Of a stretch of 64,000 nucleotides of DNA, positions 9,960 through 17,057 are shown one piece after another (positions within the stretch are counted from its first letter, which is position 1; the number at the start of each line of letters is the position of its first letter). A program made the position numbers and the translations under genes. The notes under the pieces are model-generated. The model did no database searches and had not been told where the DNA came from. It was given only the letters and a program-made list of their open reading frames with translations. The stretch spans positions 7,212 to 71,211 of the forward strand of contig JAJCZO010000094.1 of the NCBI GenBank assembly GCA_029262355.1. Direction: 5' to 3'. Source of the DNA: Deltaproteobacteria bacterium (lineage in GTDB: Bacteria; Desulfobacterota; Binatia; UBA12015).

Positions 9960-11006
9960 GTGAGTGGCCCCGTACGGCTCGGATTTCTCGACGACACGCC
10001 CAGGGGCGCGGACCGAGCCCTCCTCGACCGGGCGCTCGCATTGGCGAGAGAACGTACCGCCCGGACGGGCCGCTTCGATGATCCCCTGGATCTCCAGATC
10101 GTCCGGGCCGAAGGACTGCCCCGCGGAAACGCGCACGCCGTCGAGGAGGCGTATGCAGAGCTTGCCCATGCGGGCGTAATGGCCGTCCTCGGCCCGGCGA
10201 TCGGCGACAACGCGCTGATCGCAACATCGCTCGCCGACCAGTTCGGGCTCCCAACCTTGAACTTCGCTGGAACCGAGCGCGCGCGGAGCCAGCAGATGTT
10301 CCACCTCCAGATCGGCTCGCACGAAGAGGAGCCGGTCCTGATCGCCCACCGGCTCGCGCGCGGCGGACACCAGCGCGTCGCGATGTTGTTCGAGGAAGCG
10401 ACCATCGGGGCGCGGTACGCGGCGTTCTTCGCCAAGGCGTGCGTCGCTGCCGGCCTAGACCTCGAGCAGCGCGTCGGCCTGCGGCCAGAGCAGGACCCGA
10501 ACGAAGCCGTACGGACCGCCGTCCGCGACGCACCGGACGCCTTGGTCTATCTCGGCCTCGGCCTCGAGCTGCCGCGGGTCACGCCCGCACTACGCACGAC
10601 GGACTTCGTGGGCTCGCTCGTCTGTAACTCATGCGGCATGTTCGGGTGGGCGGGTGCTCCATTCACCGAGGCCGTCGAAGGTTGGCGCTACATCGACGTT
10701 TTCAGCGAAGAGAACCCCGCGTTTCTCGCCGCGCGGGACGCACTCGGCCTCGGCGAGGACTCGGGGCCAACCGGGCTCGTGTACGCCGACCTCGCAACGC
10801 TCGTGGTCGAAGGGCTGGCCCACGCACCAGAGCGTACCCGCGACGGACTACGCGACGGACTCGAGCAGGTGAAGGCCATCCCGTCGGCACTCGGCCTCCC
10901 GGGAACCCAGCTCGGCTTCGGCACCTGGGACCGTGCCGCGTTGAAGGGGCCCTACCTCGTACCCCGCCGCTGGACCAACGGGCGCTCCGTCGCCTGGACC
11001 GACTGA
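9960..11006 (+). CDS. Leu/Ile/Val-binding-protein-like (Peripla_BP_6) ligand-binding protein with no recognisable signal peptide
   Basis: VRLGFLDD...LDLQIVRAEGLPRGNAHAVEEAYAELAHAGVMAVLGPAIGDNALIATSLADQFGLPTLNFAGT matches the LivK/amide-receptor fold. The N-terminus is not hydrophobic. Confidence 0.55.
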   Translation: MSGPVRLGFLDDTPRGADRALLDRALALARERTARTGRFDDPLDLQIVRAEGLPRGNAHAVEEAYAELAHAGVMAVLGPAIGDNALIATSLADQFGLPTLNFAGTERARSQQMFHLQIGSHEEEPVLIAHRLARGGHQRVAMLFEEATIGARYAAFFAKACVAAGLDLEQRVGLRPEQDPNEAVRTAVRDAPDALVYLGLGLELPRVTPALRTTDFVGSLVCNSCGMFGWAGAPFTEAVEGWRYIDVFSEENPAFLAARDALGLGEDSGPTGLVYADLATLVVEGLAHAPERTRDGLRDGLEQVKAIPSALGLPGTQLGFGTWDRAALKGPYLVPRRWTNGRSVAWTD

Positions 11007-11010
11007 CCAC

Positions 11011-11730
11011 TCAGGCCTGGACACCGGCGGCGATCTTTCGCGCCAGGTCGAGATCTTCGGGGAAGTCGATCTCGGTCCACAGCAGGTCATCCATCAACTC
11101 GAAACCGACGTCCACCTGCGCGAGAAGCTCCGGGTAGACCTCTTCGTGCTCGAGATCGATATCCCCTTGCGCGACACGCACGCCGATGAGATCGCGAAGC
11201 AGATTCGCCGCGATCTGGCCCAGCTTCAAGAACCCCACCGATTCGCCAAGCCGGTCGTACGCCCCGCGTGGAATCCGCGCGATGTCGAAAACGCGGTCTC
11301 CCTGAACCATCAGCATCTGCTCCTCTCCGCTCGCCTCGGAACGGGGGTCGAGCAAGAAGCAGCTCTCGTGGCGCGAATCGACCAAGCGCGCGATCATCTC
11401 GTCGGGCCCGAAGACGTCGGCGTCCATGACGAGCACCGATCGATCGAGCCATTCGCGCGCCGTGAAGAGCGACAGGATCGCCCCGCGTCGGAAATCGGGA
11501 TTCCGCAGGACCCGGATGTCAGGCGCACCGCCAAAAGCGGCCTCGACGTGCTCACCCCCGAACCCGACGACTACGACGATCTCCGGCACGCCCGCGGCTC
11601 GAAGCTGGCGAACGAGGCGCCCCAGAAGAGTCTCTCCCGCCACCTCGAGGAGCGCCTTCGGACGATCTTCGAGTGTGGAGCCAAAGCGCCGACCGACGCC
11701 GGCCGCGAGAATGATCGCCGATGGCTTCAT
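11011..11730 (-). CDS. LicC/PntC-like cytidylyltransferase (putative CTP:2-aminoethylphosphonate or phosphocholine cytidylyltransferase)
   Basis: MKPSAIILAAGVGRRFGSTLEDRPKALLEVAGETLLGRLVRQL resembles the LicC/PntC N-terminus. The ATG at 11730 overlaps the phnW stop (ATGA). This is the last gene of the phosphonate operon. Confidence 0.7.
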   Translation of the reverse strand: MKPSAIILAAGVGRRFGSTLEDRPKALLEVAGETLLGRLVRQLRAAGVPEIVVVVGFGGEHVEAAFGGAPDIRVLRNPDFRRGAILSLFTAREWLDRSVLVMDADVFGPDEMIARLVDSRHESCFLLDPRSEASGEEQMLMVQGDRVFDIARIPRGAYDRLGESVGFLKLGQIAANLLRDLIGVRVAQGDIDLEHEEVYPELLAQVDVGFELMDDLLWTEIDFPEDLDLARKIAAGVQA

Positions 11731-12797
11731 GCGAGAGCTCTCCCGAGCGATTCGAGGAAGCGGTCGAAGTCGTCGACCGAGAGAGCGCCCATGTTCGCGA
11801 CACGAAAAGCCGTGGCACCCAGCTGTCCCTGGCCTTCGTAGATCACGAAGCCGTCGGCTTTCAGATGGTCGTGCAGCGACTCGTACGTCGCCCCCTCCGG
11901 CAGCCCAATCGTCGTGATCGAGTTCGAGCGCCATTCGTCGGGCAAGAGGATCTCGAGACCGAGGCGCGCGAAGCCCGCGCGAAGTTGGCGGGCCGCGCGC
12001 GCGTAGCGCTCCACCCGGCCGGCCACGGTCTCCTCCAGAAGCTCGTCGAGCGCTTCGTCGAGCGCGTACAGGACTTGGACCGCGGCGGTGAACGGCACCG
12101 TACGCTTCTCGTGGGCCGCGAAGTGCCGGGGGAGGTGCAGGTAGACGCTCCGCTGCGGAATCTCGGCCATCCGCGCCATCTCCGACCGCCGGGCGAGCAC
12201 AAACCCGACTCCCGGCACGCCCTGGATACACTTGTTGGCCACCCCCACGCAGATGTCGACGCCCCAGCCTTCGACGTCGATCGGATCACCGGCGAGGCCG
12301 CTGATCGAATCGACCAACAGCAGTCGACCGGCGTCTCGCACCACGCGGCCGATGCCTTCTATGGGGTTGCGCAGACCTGTCGTCGTCTCGTGGTGCACGA
12401 CGGCGACGACCTCGATCGCAGGATCGGCGCCAAGCGCCGCGGCAATCCGTGCGGGATCGGCCCGCTCGGTCCACGCCCACTCGAGGACCACGACGTCGAC
12501 GCCATGCGTTTCCGCCATCTCGCGAATGCGCGCTCCGTACACGCCGTTCTCGACGACGAGCATCTTGCGGCCGGTGGAAACCGCCGAGCTCACGGCGGCC
12601 TCGAGAGCCAAGGTGCCCGAACCGGTGAGCGGTACCGCCGCCCAGTCACCGTCGGGAGCGAAGGCCCGAACCAGCTTCGTGCGAACAGCGTCGAGGAGGT
12701 CGCTGAACTCGGGCTCCCGATGGCAGAGGTCCCCCCGCAACATCGCCTCCGTGACCCGCGGACTCACGTTCACAGGCCCGGGGTTCAGCAGAATCAC
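11727..12797 (-). CDS. phnW: 2-aminoethylphosphonate--pyruvate transaminase-like class V aminotransferase
   Basis: ILLNPGPVNVSPRVTEAML...VVHHETTTG...GVANKCIQGVPGVGFV is typical of PhnW (AGT family). The GTG start at 12797 overlaps the ppd-beta stop (GTGA). The upstream portion of the long track ORF is discarded because it overlaps ppdB. Confidence 0.75.
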   Translation of the reverse strand: MILLNPGPVNVSPRVTEAMLRGDLCHREPEFSDLLDAVRTKLVRAFAPDGDWAAVPLTGSGTLALEAAVSSAVSTGRKMLVVENGVYGARIREMAETHGVDVVVLEWAWTERADPARIAAALGADPAIEVVAVVHHETTTGLRNPIEGIGRVVRDAGRLLLVDSISGLAGDPIDVEGWGVDICVGVANKCIQGVPGVGFVLARRSEMARMAEIPQRSVYLHLPRHFAAHEKRTVPFTAAVQVLYALDEALDELLEETVAGRVERYARAARQLRAGFARLGLEILLPDEWRSNSITTIGLPEGATYESLHDHLKADGFVIYEGQGQLGATAFRVANMGALSVDDFDRFLESLGRALA

Positions 12798-13369
12798 GCC
12801 GTGCCTCCGAGCGCGGCCCGCATGCGCGCGGTCATCTCCTGGGGCGTAAACGGAATTCGCGGCGCGGACGGACCGGACTCGGGCGCGGTCTCGACCAGAA
12901 GCAGGCTCGGACCCTCGGCACCGGCGAACTCGGCGACCCTGGCGTCGAGCGACGCCCGATCGCGCACGCGAGCCACGCGCGCATAGCCCGCCGCCGCGGC
13001 GATCTCGTCGAGCGGTACTTCGGGGGAGATCGTCGGCTGATTGCCAGTCGAGGCGTAGACGCCGTTGTCGATCACGAGGTGAAAGAAGCGCTTCGGCTTC
13101 GACACGGCGATCATGGGCAGCGTTCCGAGGTTCATCAGAACGTTGCCGTCGCCGTCGAGAACCGCGACCGGCTGGTCGGGCTGCGCAATCGCGATTCCGA
13201 GTCCGATCGAAGACGCCAGCCCCATCGAGCCAATCATGTAGAAGTGCGACGGCCGATCCCGCACCGAGCAGGCCCAACGGGAGATGAAGCCATTCGCGCA
13301 CACGACCGCGTATCCATCGAGCGCTGGCATGGCCGCTTCGACCGCATCTTTCGTCGTGAGCGCATTCAT
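12794..13369 (-). CDS. Phosphonopyruvate (or sulfopyruvate) decarboxylase beta subunit (TPP-binding C-terminal half)
   Basis: The GDG...N thiamine-diphosphate motif is present (LDGDGNVLMNLGTLPMIAVSKPKRFFHLVIDNG). The ATG overlaps the alpha-subunit stop (ATGA). Confidence 0.75.
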   Translation of the reverse strand: MNALTTKDAVEAAMPALDGYAVVCANGFISRWACSVRDRPSHFYMIGSMGLASSIGLGIAIAQPDQPVAVLDGDGNVLMNLGTLPMIAVSKPKRFFHLVIDNGVYASTGNQPTISPEVPLDEIAAAAGYARVARVRDRASLDARVAEFAGAEGPSLLLVETAPESGPSAPRIPFTPQEMTARMRAALGGTA

Positions 13370-13869
13370 CCCAAAACTCCTGGGGGCACGACCAACGCCA
13401 CGGGCTTCTGGTTCGCGTCAAAGCGATCGCGTGCCCATCGAGCGTCGTCCTCGAGCGGACGCTTGCCGAGAGCCCGCCACTCGATCTCGTAGGCGTCCAG
13501 CAGGTTCGGCATGACCCTGCCCATGACCAGATGCTCGGGGGCATCTTTTCCACCGAAGCCGCGCCAGGTGATCACCAGCAGACACGGGAGCTCGTAGATC
13601 TGCTGCAGCGAGCCAATCGCATTCAAGGAGACCCCCAAGCCCGAGTTCTGCATCAGCACGACAGGACGCCGGCCGGCCATGAAGGCCCCGGCCGCGAGAC
13701 CCATGGCCGCGTCCTCCCGCGTCTCGGCCACGTACCCCCGATCCGCCAGGGCGACCAGAACCGAACCGATCAACGAGCACGGCACGCCGGTGAAGAAATC
13801 GAAGCCTACGCCCTCGAGCGCAGAGGCGAAATCGGCCCCCTTGAACGTGGCATCACCCGAATCGCTCAT
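13366..13869 (-). CDS. Phosphonopyruvate (or sulfopyruvate) decarboxylase alpha subunit (TPP pyrimidine-binding N-terminal half)
   Basis: MSDSGDATFKGADFASALEGVGFDFFTGVPCSLIG...VLMQNSGLG is a Ppd/ComD-like N-domain. The start was refined to the internal ATG at 13869; the 63 codons upstream in the track ORF have no similarity to this family. Confidence 0.75.
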   Translation of the reverse strand: MSDSGDATFKGADFASALEGVGFDFFTGVPCSLIGSVLVALADRGYVAETREDAAMGLAAGAFMAGRRPVVLMQNSGLGVSLNAIGSLQQIYELPCLLVITWRGFGGKDAPEHLVMGRVMPNLLDAYEIEWRALGKRPLEDDARWARDRFDANQKPVALVVPPGVLG

Positions 13870-13982
13870 CGGGCCCCTTGTAAACGTCGGGGGCTCACGA
13901 TGACAACTCTGCGCCAAGAGACCCGAGTGAGATGCTCGGCCAGGTGCTCCGCATTCGCTGGGATGCTGCGGTAGCCGACCTA

Positions 13983-14347
13983 ACCATCCGGTCGAATCAG
14001 GTAGAGAGATGGGCCCGCGACGTCGAACCGCCGCGCCAGCAGCCCGGCTACGTCGCAACCCGCGCTCAGACCGCGCGGCCGAGCCGCCCCGTCATCAGGC
14101 GAAAGAACGACGTAGGCATCGAGCAACGGAGCCCGGTCCTCGACCATCGCGGGCGCCGTCGAGGGTCTCGCCCTTGGTCAGGATGCTGGCATCGGGTAGC
14201 GGCCGAAAGGCCAAAGCCGGACGCCCAGATGGGGTCGAGGCCCGCCTCCTCGACGAGTCGTGCGGAGAGGGCATCGTGAACGCCACAAACGACGACCTGG
14301 GTCCCAAGTGCGAGGCGTCGCCGCAGTGATTTCGAGGGCGGGAGCAT
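13983..14347 (-). pseudogene. pepM: Decayed phosphoenolpyruvate phosphomutase gene: a 5' fragment with at least two frameshifts and the 3' two-thirds missing
   Basis: Reading the minus strand gives three pieces. Frame 1 (from 14347): ...VVCGVHDALSARLVEEAGLDPIWASGFGLSAA, the PepM N-terminus. Frame 2 (+1): PLPDASILTKGETLDGA, comparable to GLPDAGLLTMTEVADHA. Frame 3: MVEDRAPLLDAYVV, comparable to AVDLPVIVDADTG, then ...AGCDVAGLL, with a stop near 13983. Only ~480 nt separate the upstream gene from ppdA, too little for an intact ~900-nt pepM. Confidence 0.55.
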
Positions 14348-14404
14348 CGGGGCGGGCTACGCGATCCCCATCGCGCCCGCGACTGGGAGAGGCCGCCCTA
14401 GTCT

Positions 14405-16852
14405 CTACGGCAGTGTGTAAACGTAAAGGCCCTCGTGCGCGGTCACATAGAGAGACTTGCCATCCGTGCCGCCGAAGGTGCAGTTCGTCGCCTGGCGAGG
14501 GATCGCGAGGGTATCCCAGCCAGCACCGGTCGGATCGTAGACCTCGACCGTGCTGCCCCAGGTCGCGACGTAGAGATTGCCTGCAGCGTCCAGGCACATC
14601 CCGTCTGGAACGTTCAGCCCTGAGACGAACGTCTGTTGGTTACTCAAGGAGCCGTCGGGCGCGACATCCCAGCGCAGCACGTCACCGCTGTCCGATTTCG
14701 ACATGTAGAGCTGCGTCTCATCCGAAGACAGCACGACGCCGTTGGGCCCCTCGGTCGTTCCGCCCATCCACTCGGCAGACAGGACCCCGGCCGGTGTCCG
14801 CCGGTAGAGCCCGTTGAAGGGGATCTCGCGGTCGCCTGGGTTCGCCAGCCCGTAGTGAGGGTCGGTGAAGTAGAGGGTGCCGTCCGAGCGCGTTGCGAGA
14901 TCGTTCGGGGAGTTGAAAGCGTCGCCGAGATAGTTGTCGACAACCGTCGTGACGACACCACCCGAGTCGGTCCGACTGATTCGTCGCCCTAGGTGTTCCG
15001 CAGCGAGCAAATCGCCGCTCGTATCGTTCTCGAGGCCGTTGGCTTCGTCGCTCGGCGTGCGAAAGGTCGTGATCGTGCTCGGGGGCGTGAGTCGGTAGAT
15101 CGTGTCGGCGTCGATGTCCGAGAACAGCAACGTACCGTCGGCCCGCCACACCGGCCCCTCGGTAAACTGGAACGTTTCGGAGATCGTGCCGATCGCGCCG
15201 ACCCCAAAGACCGGATTGCAGATCTCCTTCACCTCGATGTCGTCGACGAATGTGTGCATGGAAATCGGATTGGGAGATTGAATCTCGCTCCAAGAGTCGA
15301 CGAGGATTGCGCCCGTGATCCCCTGCAGAGCAGGCGTCGCGTCCGTCGTGTCGACGTGCCACGAAAGTGGCTCCGGATCCGACGCCGGCCAAATCCTCGC
15401 CTGAAGCCGAGTGTTGAACGCGTCGACCTGGTGGACCCGGTATCGAACGCGGTAGGGCACTCCGTTCGTCAGGCCCAACCCGTTGTCGATCAAGATCGAT
15501 TGCTCGACGCCGTTCACTTCCCGCCAGACGCCGATCCCGTGGAATCCACGGAAGCCCTCGACGAACACGCCGTATCCGCCTCCAGTGGGCGTATCCTGGT
15601 CGAGATAGCCGCCATTGTGGCGCATATAGAAGCCGATGCCCTGCGTATCGAGGTCCTCGAACTCCACGGTGAGCAGCGCCTCCGCGTCCATCGGCGCTTG
15701 TGGTCCGACGATTCGGGCCAGCGAGTAGCCGCTCGGTACAGGCTGTAGGCGGCCGCGCCCCGACTCGATGTCACCCACCGCCACCGACGAGGACGACGGC
15801 GGTCCTTCCGGACCCACCTCGACCCAGCCCGCAGGCCACGGGTCGCCATCGCTCGCCGTGAAGCTCTGGGTGTAAACGGTGCCGCCACAGCTCGGGGCCG
15901 CGGCGCCGTTGCACTCCACGGGGTACGAGGCGTTCGCTGGAACCGCAGCGCTGCCGACGCACGCCGTTTCGAAGTCGCTCACGCAATGCACGCACCGGGT
16001 GAGTTCGGTGAGTGTAGAGACGGTCGCGTCGCACGAGCTGCCGCCCGGAACCGTCACGTCACTACACTGGGCCGCGAACCCAATCTCGCCGACCAGCGTG
16101 TCGTCGCTGCCACCCGTGCCGACGACCGCGCCTACGGTGCCGTCACAGCCTCGATCGAGGCCCCCACACGAGCGGCAGATCGTCTTGATCAACTTCCCCT
16201 CGGCCTTGTCGAGGAGAGCCTGCGTCGAGGCCGTCGGACACGGACCGGCCTCGCCACCCGAGATCACTCTGTCCCAACACTTCTGCATGAGCTTCGACGT
16301 CGTTCGGACGAGCTTGGACCCCGCCTTGCCGACCAACCGCTGGCACTTCTCCAGCGGCGACTTCGCCGGGCTCCCGAGGTCGATGTCATCGAAGTAGACC
16401 CCTCCGAGGTCCGCAGTGGCTCCGTCGCCGAGACAGGCCAGGCAGTCCGAAACATCACCGCAGTGAGCGAGCGCGTTCGTACACCCCCTGTTCAGCAAGT
16501 CCGGGCACGCAGGAAGGTTCCAGCCGATCGAGACGAGCGTCTCATCGTCACCGCCTGTGCCGCAGACCTTGTCGGCGCCACCACAGGCCTTGTCGATGAC
16601 GGTGCGCAGCTTCCCAGCCGCCTTCGAGAGCTTGAGTGCGGTCTTCGGTTCGAGCTCGCAATCGGTGCCGGGGGGCAGCCTGCCCGACACGAGCTTGTCG
16701 CCGCAGCGTGCCAGCGCATTCATCCTCTGTTGGGCATGGGTCGCCGAAGCCTTCGCGATCGCGCGTCGACAGCTCTCCGGATCGGCCTGGGCTGGGGAGA
16801 CGGCGGCGAGAAGCCCCAGTACGAGAAGCGTTGAGATCGCGATTGTCTTCAC
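14405..16852 (-). CDS. Secreted multidomain protein: signal peptide, two Cys-rich ~110-aa repeats, a central beta-rich region, and a C-terminal SMP-30/gluconolactonase/LRE-like beta-propeller
   Basis: The GTG start at 16852 gives VKTIAISTLLVLGLLAAVSPAQA as a signal peptide. The Cys-rich repeats read CxxxI.K...C.DKLVSG..PPGTDCE...KACGGADKVCGTGGDDETLV. The C-terminus (TEGPVWRADGTLLFSDIDADTIYRL...NSPNDLATRSDGTLYFTDP...PNGVVLSSDETQLYMS...NVPDGMCLDAAGNLYVATWG) is SGL-like. Confidence 0.6.
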   Translation of the reverse strand: MKTIAISTLLVLGLLAAVSPAQADPESCRRAIAKASATHAQQRMNALARCGDKLVSGRLPPGTDCELEPKTALKLSKAAGKLRTVIDKACGGADKVCGTGGDDETLVSIGWNLPACPDLLNRGCTNALAHCGDVSDCLACLGDGATADLGGVYFDDIDLGSPAKSPLEKCQRLVGKAGSKLVRTTSKLMQKCWDRVISGGEAGPCPTASTQALLDKAEGKLIKTICRSCGGLDRGCDGTVGAVVGTGGSDDTLVGEIGFAAQCSDVTVPGGSSCDATVSTLTELTRCVHCVSDFETACVGSAAVPANASYPVECNGAAAPSCGGTVYTQSFTASDGDPWPAGWVEVGPEGPPSSSSVAVGDIESGRGRLQPVPSGYSLARIVGPQAPMDAEALLTVEFEDLDTQGIGFYMRHNGGYLDQDTPTGGGYGVFVEGFRGFHGIGVWREVNGVEQSILIDNGLGLTNGVPYRVRYRVHQVDAFNTRLQARIWPASDPEPLSWHVDTTDATPALQGITGAILVDSWSEIQSPNPISMHTFVDDIEVKEICNPVFGVGAIGTISETFQFTEGPVWRADGTLLFSDIDADTIYRLTPPSTITTFRTPSDEANGLENDTSGDLLAAEHLGRRISRTDSGGVVTTVVDNYLGDAFNSPNDLATRSDGTLYFTDPHYGLANPGDREIPFNGLYRRTPAGVLSAEWMGGTTEGPNGVVLSSDETQLYMSKSDSGDVLRWDVAPDGSLSNQQTFVSGLNVPDGMCLDAAGNLYVATWGSTVEVYDPTGAGWDTLAIPRQATNCTFGGTDGKSLYVTAHEGLYVYTLP

Positions 16853-17057
16853 GTCGCCCAGGATTCCGGGTCTCCGCGCCCGAGTCCACCCCCGTCTTCG
16901 GAGGCCGCAGGCTCGTGCCCGCACGCCATAGGGAGTCGCGTGGCGCAGATCCGCGGGTTCCGTCCGCGCCAGGAATCGCTCTACGGTCGGAAGGGCTCTC
17001 GTACGAAGATACCAGTGGGTTCCGTCGGTGCGGGCAATCGTTCTAGAGTCCAGGTCG

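Noticed and set aside
13983-14177. A thioredoxin/redoxin-like C-terminal remnant (…ARRFDVAGPSLYLIRPDG) in the third frame upstream of ppdA
   Set aside because: The same frame upstream aligns better as a continuation of the frameshifted PepM fragment (DRAPLLDAY resembles DLPVIVDAD). The redoxin resemblance rests on one short motif, so I folded it into the pepM pseudogene call.
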